Source: Gordius albopunctatus (Eukaryota). From it: a DNA stretch of 64,000 nucleotides. This document shows, piece after piece, positions 1 to 25,000 of this stretch. The notes under the pieces were generated by a model, which was not told where the DNA came from, made no database searches, and saw nothing but the letters and a program-made list of their open reading frames with translations. The DNA lies in contig OZ193909.1 in NCBI GenBank assembly GCA_964276515.1, positions 4,650,001-4,714,000 of the forward strand. The letters are read 5' to 3'. Made by a program: the position numbers and the translations under genes. Positions within the stretch are counted from its first letter, which is position 1, and each line of letters begins with the position of its first letter.

Positions 1-247
1 TTCTAACTTTCCTAAGCCCACTTCTAAAATTTTAACAGACGATCTAAATTACAATGTTATACAAATTTGAAAAATTCAAATAAAATTGATGTTCTTTTTT
101 TAATTTTCTGTTTATAAAACCTTATATGATTTTACAATAATGCATATAAATAGCCTATTTTGCATATCTCTCTCTTAAAGATGACCCAAATTCTTTCATA
201 TATGTCCTATCAATACGTACTAATATTTAACTGATATAGAACTAAGC

Positions 248-276
248 CAAAGCAACGCTTGGCCGGGCACAGCTAG
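248..276 (+). mobile_element. Helitron-like 3' terminus
   Basis: Short hairpin ccaaagcaacgcttgg, then ccgggcacagCTAG followed by t, the usual Helitron 3' end layout. The 5' part is not recognised. Confidence 0.5.
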
Positions 277-641
277 TAGACAATAAATGAGAGATAATGG
301 AAAAAAATTTTTTAAATGAATGGTACTAAGTTATATTAGTCATTTAAAAAATAGTTGTGTAAACATATAAATGATTGATGGTAGAGCGTTAAATGCAAAT
401 TAGCTATGCGTTAATAATGCTTAAAATAACAACTCAACATCAATGATAGAATGTGAAATGGATCTTGTCACATGCCTGTATGTAGTGTATAAATATTTGT
501 CTTAAAATTTTATTCAAATTAGCCAAATTAAAAAGACAAGAGTTTTTTTAATCAAGTGTGAGGTACAGAATTATTTAATATCTTTAAAAAGTTTGAAATA
601 GACAGAGCACATTAAAGATCTTTAACATATCATTAATTTAG

Positions 642-972
642 GGTATGGGCGAATGGTGTGGTCATAATTTCTCTCATACAATACTCCCTTTATGTGGAAA
701 ACATTTTGTTTGTTTGAGATACATTGGCTTTAAAGCAATACCCGGAATGTGTGTTGCCCAAAATAAAAAAGTAAGCTTAAATATTTTGATAAAACTAGGT
801 ATTTTAGAGCGAAGGAGAGCAATGCTACGATGTTTACACCAGAGAGTCAGCCATGCGTGGAATAGAAGGACAAACGTTTTGTAAAGAAGATTTGAAATGT
901 CTTAAGGATACTAATAAATGGTGGCTATATGGAATATGTATTAAAAATTTATCACATGATTCATTGCTATAA
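642..972 (+). CDS. Candidate small cysteine-rich protein (3' exons) with two 4-Cys modules
   Basis: Exon 642-770 (GMGEWCGHNFSHTILPLCGKHFVCLRYIGFKAIPGMCVAQNKK), 37-nt GT-AG intron 771-807, exon 808-972 (SEGEQCYDVYTRESAMRGIEGQTFCKEDLKCLKDTNKWWLYGICIKNLSHDSLL*), AATAAA just downstream. Possible upstream exons 450-477 and 523-562 are phase-compatible. Confidence 0.55.
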
Positions 973-1479
973 AATGAATTTAATAAAATTTGCAATATTT
1001 GCTGAGTCCATCATCAAAAATTTTTGAATTATAAATTAAATTGCATTATTTAAACATATTGTGGGTGAAAATAATAGAAATACATCTGTACAGTATTAAA
1101 GTATGACAAATTAAACACATTTTAACGTTAGGTTAATCGAAAGCAAAGAGGGAATCTTTAACACGAATATAAAGGATATCAAAAGAAGGGGATACTTAAT
1201 AATTAGGGTTTCACACTAATACTAATTTAATTATCAGTGGTATTATCTTAAATACACTATGAACAGACTAAAACCCTATAAATATAAAGAATGAAAGTAA
1301 ACAAATATTCTAATAACACATAAAAAGTTAACAAATCTAATTTATTTCCAGAATACACCTTTTATGGTTTATCAAAAAAATTGCTGATGCACAGTTTCCT
1401 CCCATTTTTAATTAGTTTTAATGATTTAACTGTTTTCAATGATTTAATGTGATATAAATTATTTTTGTGTAAGGAAAGA

Positions 1480-2410
1480 GGATAAAGGGGGGAGGCAAAT
1501 CACCCCCTCCCCATGTGAGAAAGAGGGCAAAGAAGGGGGAGGCAAATCATCCCCTCCCCCATGTGAGAAAAAGGGCAAAGAAGGGGGGCGGCAAATCATC
1601 CCCTCCCCCATGTGAGAAAAAGGGTAAAAAATCAGGGGGGGGGGTGAAAAAAGGGAAGGGGTGTCAAATCACCTACCTCCCCCATGTGAGAAAGAGGGCA
1701 AAGAAGGGGGCGGCAAATCACCCCCTCCCCCATATGAGAAAAAGGGTAAAAAATCAGGGGGGGGGGTGAAAAAAGGGAAGGGGTGTCAAATCACCTACCT
1801 CCCCCATGTGAGAAAAAGGGCAAAGAAGGGGGGCGGCAAATCACCCCCTCCCCCATGTGAGAAAAAGGGTAAAAAATCAGGGGGGGGTGAAAAAAGGGAA
1901 GGGGTGTCAAATCACCTACCTCCCCCATGTGAGAAAAAGGGCAAAGAAGAGGGGCGGCAAATCACCCCCTCCCCCATGTGAGAAAAAGGGTAAAAAATCA
2001 GGGGGGGGGTAAAAAAAGGGAAGGGGTGTCAAATCACCCCCTCCCCCATGTGAGAAAGAGGGCAAAGAAGGGGGAGGCAAATCACCCCCTCCCCCATGTG
2101 AGAAAAAGGGTAAAAAATCAGGGGGGGGGGTGAAAAAAGGGAAGGGGTGTCAAATCACCTACCTCCCCCATGTGAGAAAGAGGGCAAAGAAGGGGGGCGG
2201 CAAATCACCCCCTCCCCCATGTGAGAAAAAGGGTAAAAAATCAAAGGGGGGGGGTGAAAAAAGGCAGGGGTGTCAAATCACCTACCTCCACCAGATGAGA
2301 AAAAGGGTAAAAAAGAACGGAGGGGGCAAATCACCCATCTCTCCTCTGGTGAGAAAGAAGGTAAAAAACAAAGGGGGGGGGGAACCATTGGAACAAAAAA
2401 GGGAGGGGGG
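1480..2410. repeat. G/C-run tandem array (about 48 and 73 bp subunits, about 122-bp higher-order unit)
   Basis: About 15 copies of the core caaatcacccctcccccatgtgagaaaaaggg with alternating spacing. Confidence 0.9.
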
Positions 2411-2677
2411 CAAAGTTCTTATATTATTTAAATAAAATTACATACCAATTAAATATTATTTATAAAATATAAGCGCAAAATAAATTAATATCACAAATTA
2501 TGAATATATATTACTGAGCATTTTAGCAAAAATACTGAGCATTTTTAATTTAAAGCTGAGCATTTTAAAGTTAATTTACTGAGAAATTTTGAATTTTTAA
2601 CTGGGCACTTTAATAAAATACTGAGCACATTTTACTAAGCATTTCTTAATTTATTACTGAGCATTTAAATAACATCC
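1480..2677. mobile_element. Right arm of a foldback-like element (G-rich array plus tactgagca subterminal repeats)
   Basis: 2385-2677 matches 41185-41451 (ggggcaaagttctt...taccaatt...aagcgcaaa...aaataacatcc). A further partial copy lies near 58475-58550. Confidence 0.6.
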
Positions 2678-2749
2678 GATTTATACCACTGTTTCATTTG
2701 GAAAAAGTCATAATTTTTTATTACTAGTCTCTTCAAACATTAAGTTAAA

Positions 2750-3330
2750 ACAAACAGACAACATGCCCCGAACCCATTACAGCATCTCGTTGTATAATGC
2801 CTTTTTGGATTCGGTTTTAGCTGAATTAGAAAACCAACAAATACTTATTGGATTTGATACCCTGTTTATTAAATTTCCCGTTTAACTCACCCCTCAAATA
2901 TTAAATAATTTTTTAATATTAGCAAAATTTTATAAAGATAATCTTGAAGGATCACAAGAGCAGTTTGAATCCGATATTAAATCGTGGTATTCATCGTTTA
3001 AAGACTCAAATTCAGGAAAATTACCTGACAATGCATTGAATACCTTATCCGATCATGCCTCTTAACTTAATCTTTATCCGAATACTAAAGCTCTTTACCA
3101 TATTCTAGCAACCTTACCTGTGACAGCATTCTCTAATGAGCGGTGTTTTACAGTGCTAAAAAGACTTAAAATATATCTGAGAAGCACAATTAGACAAGAA
3201 AGGTAAACTAATGGTTTTATTAATTTTTAATTTAGGCTTACCAGATTAACGTTGCTATATGTACACAGGTAATATACCCCTGAAACTGAAGATTTTGTAA
3301 ATGCGTTTCTATCTAAAAATCGTCCATTTT
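2750..3330 (+). pseudogene. Decayed hAT transposase C-terminus (dimerisation domain)
   Basis: Translates to HYSISLYNAFLDSVLAELEN...KFYKDNLEGSQEQFESDIKSW...LYPNTKALYHILATLPVTAFSNERCFTVLKRLKIYLRSTIRQER/LTRLTLLYVHR. This matches the hATC motif LPVT..ERSFS.LKR.K.YLRST..QERL and carries in-frame stops. Confidence 0.85.
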
Positions 3331-4563
3331 GATTCTCAATTTATATCATTTTTACATTGTATATTTAATACAAATAAATATTTGTTGAAATTTTACTTTT
3401 ATTATTTTTACGCTATTGTCACTTTAAACTAAAAAAAACGTTTTGATCCAAAAAAATAGTTACAAAATACCTTAAAAATTTTCTAATACCATCCATGAGG
3501 AAATTATTAGTACGCCTATGTTAGATTCTAAAGTAATGACTCATTTCTTGGTATTCCATAATTTATTTATATCGAATATCCGAAATTACACTTAAAAAAT
3601 AAAAATATAAGAGCCCCCTATGAAGCAAAGACCTAAATCAAGAAAAACAAAATTTCTATTGTTTTTAACAATTTAAAACCAACAGGTCAATTAAATTACA
3701 CATATAAAAGGCCTTTGAAAGTTCCATGTGTTGTTATTTTAAATTGAGATAATATTTAATTGTATGAAAATGACTATTTTGCTACTTAAAATTTACAACA
3801 TATTTTACAAGTTTGTATAAGATATAAATTTTAAGTTGTCCCCGGTTAAAGCGATTTATCCATAGCTTTAGTTATTTGGAAATTCAATATGGATCCTAGA
3901 ATACTTTTGCCACAAACCTCACGACAAAGAGATTAGGACGGCTGACTTGTGTTTCGCTCCGCGATGCCAGCAAGTGTTGTAATTTAAGGTCGTTTTGTTT
4001 GATATCTCAGGCCATGAATGACCAGAGGCTTAGGCAAGCTTTTAGGGGATGATGCTGGATGACTCTGAACTTTCGTATTTTATAGCTCTCAATGGTAAAA
4101 TTTTAAGTTATTTACTTGTCGAAATCGCACAGGGCTCGTAGACGAACAATGCGCCCTGATGGGTCTTCTTTGCCCCATGGAACAATGGCCTATTTGCCCC
4201 TCTAACAAAAATAATAATTCTTTAGTTTTTGCCGAGGGCTAAAAATCATTAAATGCAAAGCCATTTAAAACCAAAAATTTTTATTCCAATCGTCGCTCCG
4301 TATTCTGGCACCATTAATAAAAAGGCCTTAGCTTTTTTTAAAATATTAGGGAGACGCTCTCTATCGTCAAAAAATTCCGTACCCTTTTAATTAAGACAAA
4401 GGCTTGGTATTCTTAGAACCAAATACAATTTTAAATCGATTGCCGATTCTTGGCAAATTTTACAGATCATCTTGAATATATTATTTTGGAACAGTGTATT
4501 TTCATTAATGAATGCATTTAATTTTTTATATTTTATGTATTTTCATATTATTGACAAATTTCA

Positions 4564-4766
4564 GGGATAAGGGTCAAAGTAGCACAGAAAAAAGTAGCAC
4601 AAATATTTAAAACAATTATAACTTTTTATATGGTGTATAGATAAGCGTTAAAAGTAAGAACCCTAACCCTGACCCTATATTTTCTATATACTATATGAAA
4701 AGTTAATAGTTATAATTGTTTTAAATATTTGTGCTACTTTTTTCTGTGCTACTTTGACCGTTCCCC
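4564..4766. mobile_element. Palindromic MITE with about 60-bp TIRs
   Basis: ggtcaaagtagcacagaaaaaagtagcacaaatatttaaaacaattataact and its reverse complement flank a short core containing ccctaaccct. Confidence 0.8.
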
Positions 4767-4847
4767 TTTCAAAATAATAGGCTTTTAATCATCTGCACAC
4801 AGACAGCATGTTTGAGTTACATTCATTTTAAAAGAATTTAATTATCA

Positions 4848-17447
<12,600 letters not shown>

Positions 17448-19434
17448 AATTATTGTCAAAAAATATATTGTAATTTATTTATTTTTCTAAGCAATCCCAA
17501 ATTATCCCGTGAATTATATATATATATATATGCAAAAACTTCTTTTTATTCTTTTCTTTTATCAATTATCGGCTTTGTATATGTATTATATACTTTGAAA
17601 AGATTGCTTGTTACGATTAGAATTTTTTAAGATATTTTTGAAAGTTTTTTTCCTATAATAGCTTATAATGTGTGATTGATATGGTAAGTTGGCTCGACCC
17701 CAAAATTTGTAATTCCTTAAGATCCTTGACTTCAGCCTTCCCTATAATTTGAGTAAAAGACATGAAATCTTAGGATAATATAACTTATAAATCTAACATT
17801 GTTAAACTAGCAAATTATTATAAAGAATAATAATTTTTATGCCCAAATAAAGCTGTAAATTGTATTTTATCACAATTTTTATAGATTAAATTGCTAATTT
17901 AATAAGTAACAACGGCGGATCAGAATTGGCCTTATGTTATCAAAATTTTAATTAAATGTGTATATTGTCGTCGTAAGGTATAGAATAAATAAAAAATTAT
18001 TCGTTTAAAAAAAATAAAAAATTTTTGTATTTTGCATATAAAAATTGTTGGGTTATACATTTTAAACTAAATTAAGTTTTATCTTATGAAGAGATATTTT
18101 TTCTAAAAATAGCATAATAATTAAACCTTTATATGTAATACACCATGTTAAATTATTACTCGTACAAATAATCAGGCGTTGGGCCGAGTCGGATCTTTGA
18201 CGAGATTTTAAAAACAAAAAATTTCAGGATTTATTTTTTATGTGCAATCAGCATTATTAATGACTTGAGGAAAATCCCGCATTCATATAAAAAAGTTTAA
18301 CTATTATCTCTAAAAACGTTTTTATCAGTTTGTATTATATGCTATGCCACTTTATTTAAAAGACTAGCTCGAGGCCTTATTGATTAAATAATTAATTCGA
18401 GCGATATTTGAAGATGGTATTATTTCTCAAGGATTCCATTTCCTTATCAGTCACATTACAAAAATTTCTACCGCATCAAGACTTGATAAAGACCTAAATT
18501 TAATTATTGAATTTTCTAGATTTTGTCGTACTACTTACTAGTTCATAATAAAAGCGCTTGATGTAAAAAACATGTTAGCGAAAATGGCTTATATTTTTTG
18601 TTTAGCCAAAAATTACAAAAACATTAAGGGTGAGATACTCCCATTTTTGCCCAAATCTCTAAAATTAATATAAATTAAATAAAGAATTGGTTTGAATTTT
18701 AAAAATAAACATGCTAAAAAAATACCCATACATTCTCATCATTTAAGCCGTTTATCGCTACTAATGGAAAATTTTTAAGTAAATGAAAAATACTTGGAAA
18801 AATATAAAGATTATGTAAAAATATTGGGGCAATCAATCGTCACCTTCAAGTCTGAAATCAGGCATCGTTCCGTTTTTGAAATTCGGTTCATTTTTTCAGT
18901 AATTTCAGCGTCGAGGTGGAGAGTCTGACTTCTTTTTTTAATGAGACCATAATTTGCTTATTGCCTGAACTTTAATTTACCCTCTATTTTTGCGGTTTTA
19001 ACATTTTTACAACCCTTAAAATTCTCATTTTTGATTTTAAATGTCTCATTCAATAAACCAACGTAAGATTTTGGAGATTTTTAAAAGTTTTTTGCCTTTA
19101 ACTAGCAGCCATCATCATTCCCAGACCATACTCTTCACGGCCGTGAGTGGTACGAGTTTGTAAAAACCGCGTATACCATTGCAATAATAATAAATTTGTC
19201 GCTTCTCCTTTAACATACATAGCAAGGTGTTTTTAAGCCTGAAGGAGTAAATTAATTCCGACATTCCACCATACACATACTGTAATTGGCCCCTACAATA
19301 CCAACTCGTTTTTTCGCTAAAAGTGTAATAATAAAGCCCCTTACTTATTACATGTATGTGCGCAAAGTCGTAGTAGCTAAGGGCGGCTGCTTCACTCTAA
19401 ATCCAAAAATTTGTTGAGATTCATCAAAATTATC

Positions 19435-19714
19435 ACTTCTGTGCAAAATGTAATATGTGCAAAATGTAATATAGGCAAGGGTTAGTTAGGGTTAGATTTA
19501 GTGATTTATTTGATAATATGTATTTATTTATAAAATAGTATTATACATTTTGATATAACTTATTTTGTTTCAATTAACAATTATAGTATCCTTTTATTAC
19601 GTAGTTTTTTAGTACATATTACATGCGTATGAATATGCGTGAAAACCGGTTTCAATTTCTAAAATGCGAATATTACATTATTAGATTTTGCACATATTAC
19701 ATTTTGCACCAGAT
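19435..19714. mobile_element. Mutator-like MITE nested in a family A MITE
   Basis: TIRs gtgcaaaatgtaatatgtgcaaaat / attttgcacatattacattttgcac. Flanking direct repeat tcaaaattatc at 19424-19434 and 19715-19725 (9-11 bp TSD). Confidence 0.75.
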
Positions 19715-21282
19715 TCAAAATTATCGCTAAATTTTCAAAAAATGTTCATTTTGCCCCTCCCTAAATCATTATTGCCCCCCCTCTAATTCCAACGCTGGTT
19801 ACGCCCATGTATGTGCGTCGTCACGTTTAAAACATATGTGCTTAGCTGAGTAAGGGAGATGAATGAATCAATCATGTGTTGTATAATGTCTTAATGAGTG
19901 TAGTGCATGTCGCTGAGGTAAAAATAAATTATTTATTGATTTTTTTGCAAGAAAGGATCGGCATTCTTAAAATTTCACCCATCCCCAACCTATTTATACG
20001 GCTTAAAGTTTCATCACTCATTTTCCTACGCTTAATATCAAAAAAGCCTCAAGTGTCCCATCTTTAAAAAAATTTTAAACTAAATAAATAAAATAATATG
20101 CACGAGCTAAAATTAACTTATTTAAGTTGGCGTAACGCGCGCTTCCTCTGCGCTGCAAATTAATTATCGGCTAAATAAATAACAACATCCTTCATCTCAC
20201 ATCATCTGATTTAATATTCATAAAGTAAGTTTGTTGTATAAATAAATTTATACTTATTTTTAAACCTTATGACTCTTAACAGATTATACATTTTAATTAA
20301 AAACTTGGTAATTTTGAAATAATCCTCAAATTTTTAATATAATAAAATCAAATGTTCAAACTGACAAATTTGAAATTAATGTACTAAACATTATTTTTTC
20401 CATAAAGCATATTAAGATAGTCATATCTTACATTTAAAACGAGTTTAAAAAAAAAACAAGTAAAAATTCATGGCCCAGGTGCCCCAGAAACGCCTTATAT
20501 CTCGTAGACTATACGTCCTTGAACGCACAAAATATTTTTTAAAAATTCTATGGCATTTTTTGTTAAGAACAATTTTAGATCTTTACACCCAGTAAATTTA
20601 TTTTTATCATTGTGTCTTGGGTCATATTGGCACGTATAAACAACCAATGGTTAAATAGTAAATTATTTAAACATAAATTCAGGAGTCATGATATATTTCT
20701 TTAAAATTCATACCAATTTTTTCCAAAATGTTTAAATCCCTGACTTGTCCGATAAAGTCGTGGCCAGTTCTCCCGTGAATATCAATGATAAGTTTGCAAT
20801 CGAGGCTTGATTTAAAATAATTTTGCTAAAATCAACGGCTTGTTGGGCAGTCTTTTATCATAGTAGGGATGCACTGACCTCTCTCCCTACCTTGGAAAGC
20901 CTGTTTTAACCCGATAGGGAATATAAAATCTCAACCTGAGTATAAAGTTTACAACAACTCCCCCCCTCCTTAAATAGCCTTATATTAAATTTATGATTGC
21001 AAAATATGTTCAACACATCACCCTAAAATCAATTCGTTGACCTTCAGGTTTTAACGATTTCTCATCAAAATGTAAGAAATGCATAGCAGAGTTGAGAAAA
21101 ATTGATCCCGACCCCTCATCGACTCTGGATTCTGAGAATAAAATACATTAAGGGACATTATGTATATCATGTTTGTGATCGAAAGTTGATTTTTGATTGC
21201 TTTTAAACATAGTAACAACTATAAGCGAAATACCAAAAGAGGTGGAAACGAATAAAGGTTTTAGATGAATATGCATTTAAGC

Positions 21283-21555
21283 AATAAAACTCAGGTCAAT
21301 TTATTGATAAACATAGAATATTAGGTAGGATGATGGATTTTAGATTATGCATTTAGGTTAGAATTTTGAATGACCACACACACAAAACAAATTGAATAGG
21401 TTTAGTATCCAATCTAGTAATAAAACTCAGGTCAATTTATTGATAAACATAGAATATTAGGTAGGATGATGGATTTTAGATTATGCATTTAGGTTAGAAT
21501 TTTGAATGACCACACACACAAAACAAATGGAATAGGTTTAGTTAGTATCCAATCT
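21283..21555. repeat. Near-perfect 136-bp tandem duplication
   Basis: aataaaactcaggtcaat...gtatccaatct occurs twice with period 136. Confidence 0.9.
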
Positions 21556-21724
21556 CAAGTATCAAGGTTAATAAACTTAAAAGCAAGACATTTAGCCAAA
21601 ATGTTTGGAATAAAAAATTTTATTATGTGTCCATGCTCATTGAAAGTCACCATAAATATATCACAAAGTTGCTAATTTTCTAATATGTCCAAATTTATTT
21701 TTTTTTAATAAAAATTATATTGCT

Positions 21725-21820
21725 CATGAGCGTAGCCGGGGGGGGGGGCAGGGAATGGCGAAAAAAAATTAAATTTATGTTTTGCCCCCCCCCCCCCCAC
21801 AAAACCTGGCTACGCCCATG
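21725..21820 (+). mobile_element. 96-bp minimal hAT MITE, family A
   Basis: catgagcgtagcc / ggctacgcccatg TIRs with perfect 8-bp TSD atattgct. Confidence 0.9.
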
Positions 21821-22041
21821 ATATTGCTCACCTCAGGATCTAATCCTAACTTTTGAAATATTCTTAATATTTTTATTTTTATATTTATTACTTTTTTAAA
21901 ATATTTGTAGGGTTTAAATAAATTTTAAATAATATAAATTTATTATTTTGTTTCGTAACCATTTTTTATTGTACCTTTATGGAAAGATATTAAGTTCCAT
22001 ATCACAATTTGGATGTTATTTTTTAGTTATTATTAACTTTA

Positions 22042-25000
22042 ATGGAGGAAACAAATGCGGAAACGTTGGAAGCTGGTCAAATTATAAAACCATATGTAAC
22101 TCTAAACACCGTGAAAGAACTTATAACCAAAGTGTATGGCATGAAGGTAAATTCCTATTACATATCAAAACAATTCTAATCTCAAACTTGTGAATAAATA
22201 GGAGGATAGCCTCCGGATTAATAAAAACAATCGGGGTTTTGAAAATTCTGCATTTTTAAACCAATGCCCTTTTTAAATTGGAAATTTTTAAAAGTTTTAC
22301 GATTTTTATATCAAATTCTTTCATTTATTTTTTTTAATTAAGGGATTGATTTTATAAAACGCCTGAATTCTAAAATGCCGGAATTTTTGATTTTCTACAA
22401 TATTCGCTCATCCACTCAAGCCCCATTTTTTATCATAGCAAATCCTTAGAAAAATTGTTAAAGACCCATTTTTAATAACCCAAGAAAAAGTATTTTTGTT
22501 TTTTTAGTGCAAAGTCACTTTTTTTCAACCCGAACCCGACCCGAAAAATTTTTCAAATTTTCTACCCGGACCCGACCCGACCCGAAAAATTATTAAAGCA
22601 AATTTAAAAACAGGAGTAATTTATGTAGTTTGAATTAGTGATGAGAATTAGCTAGCACTTCATAGTTCGGAGTTTTAAAATTTAAAAAAAGAGAAAATCC
22701 AGCCCCTTGGCGAAATGGACAGTTGGCAAAAAGTCATAAAAGTTGCAAAATAGTGTGCTTATTTATATATATATAAAATATATGATTTATATATACAATT
22801 TATATTATATTTTTTGCTAGAAAAAAATAGGTCTCGCCTGTTTTTTACAATGTATAAACTTGGACCCGACTCTAAAAATTTGACCCGACTTGAATTTCGG
22901 GCGGGCCCGGGCGGGCATCGTAGCAAGATTCGGGCGATTCGGGCTTAATTAGGTTTTTAAAATAATGTTTTATATTGTTTTTGTCTATATTTTGTCACTT
23001 TTTAATTTGATTTCATAATTTTTTTTAATCCTAGCTCTCATTTAAAGAAAAAATCAAAAATTAAGATAAAATTTTTAAAAAATATAACGATATTAGTGCT
23101 AAAAATTTTAAAACACAGCATTTCGGGCCGGGCAGGTCGGGCAGCTCTGATAATTCGGGCATTATCGGGCGGACACATAGAAGAGTTCGGGCGGACAGCG
23201 GGGCCGGGTTCGGGCAGAAAAATTCTAACAAATCTCACCTCTGGTTTTACTCGACTAAACATGAACAAACCAAAGATTTTGGTCTGATTTCCTTAGTCGC
23301 GTAAATAGACCATAGGTTTCACCGAAAAATCTTTGTCCTGCTTATGTTTAGACGACTAAAACCATTGTTACAACACTAATAGACAGTTTTACAAGAAGAT
23401 TATTTTTTTCGCAACAATTGCATTTTTTAGGTCAACAAAATAAGCGAAATGAATAGTTACGATGACAAAAATTACCACTTTATAGTGGACGAAGATATGG
23501 ATAATCCTTACGTTGCCCCACCGTTCGAGGACGGTTACGTTTTCAAAATACTAAATTCCATGGATTCACAAAAACCATCTTACATAGGTAAGTCTAACCT
23601 ATAACGATTTTTTCAGCGCTGCAACAAAACGTGGAAAGTTAACATCTACTCATATTTGAGACTGAGTGGCCGCCTTTAGTGACAGAATAAATGGAAAAAA
23701 AAACAATATTCTATTTATGTTAGGGATAGAACTAGGCTCCAAAATTATATTTGTTTAACCTTTAAATTTACTTTAGAGGGACTTATACATTAGCTTAACT
23801 AAGAATCGAATGGGGGGGGGGCGAAATGGCGATCTCTTGAAATTTAAGCCGTAATTTGATTTGATTGCGAAAATCAAAACAGCTTGAAAGAGGGCACCTG
23901 TCCATCTTCCTGACTACTTTCATTGCCCTAGCTAGAGTTGTTATATTGCTAACTTTCTTCAACTCCAGCTACCATCTGCTCGAGTTTCTGCTCGGCCCTC
24001 GAGCATTTTTTTATGCTTCTGCTCTGCCTAGTGCACCAAAAGCGAGCACATATTGTGCTAATGCGCATATTAAGCAACTCAGTGTGCGTGCTCGCGTCTG
24101 GAGTTTGAAGAAAGTTAGCAATTTAACAACTCTAGCCCTAGCGATTTTTAATAATCCGAATAATGCGCTACCAAACATGGGCGTAGCCAAGGGGGGGGGG
24201 AGGGGCGGCATCTCTCCTCTAAATCCAAAAATTTACCAAAATTATGACAAAAATATCAAAAAATGTATATTTTGCCCCTTCTTAAATCATTATTGCCCCC
24301 CCCCTTTATTTCCAATACTGGCTATGCCTATGTGGTTAAATATTGGTGATGATTAAACAGAAGATCGCAAATTAGAAAATGAAATTTTGAATGTAATACC
24401 AAAAATAAGATGTTTTGTCGCTCTTAAAATTCGTGCAAAAAATAGGAAAAGAAATTAAAATTATATTTGCCTTGTTTATATGTTAAGTTGAAATTTTTTC
24501 GTAATTTGTGGCCATCCATAGCAATATCGCGTTATTAAACTTTAAGCATGGGTATTTTAAAATCTTTTTAAATTAACATCTTTGACTCAGCCACGTTAAG
24601 CTCTATTTAAAAATAATATAAATTTGAAACTTTTTATCTATAGAATAATTGATCCGATTGAAATTTTCCTCTTTCCCTAATCTTTGCATTTGTAGAACAA
24701 GGGTGTTTTTTATAAGTGTTTCTTTAATTTTTTTAAAAATCTATATTAACATATTATTAAAATAAATTATTGCGAGAAACATAATTAATTAAGGAAAAGG
24801 ACATTACCACGGCAAGGAAAGACATAATTATTAAAAATTGTCTTACATTTTTCTATTTTTGCCTTGGTTTCGTCAAAATGTGGCTCCTAAATCTCACAAC
24901 CTACTAACCAATTTTTGAAAGGCTTATCTTAATTGATTAAATATGAATTTCGGAAGTTGATCGACAGCCCTTAAAATATGATAAGGAAATGTTGGTTAAA

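Noticed and set aside
1515..2435. Extensin-like or lysine-rich ORFs (SPPPPCEKKGKK repeats)
   Set aside because: They are translations of the G/C-rich tandem array. Homopolymer length changes shift the frame repeatedly.
4650..4680. Telomere-like ccctaaccct / ggttag motifs (also near 19480)
   Set aside because: Only 1-3 imperfect units inside MITE cores; not an interstitial telomere array.
23865..24356. 163-aa ORF in HYKK intron 2
   Set aside because: It runs across two adjacent MITEs (families B and A), so it is a chance open frame.
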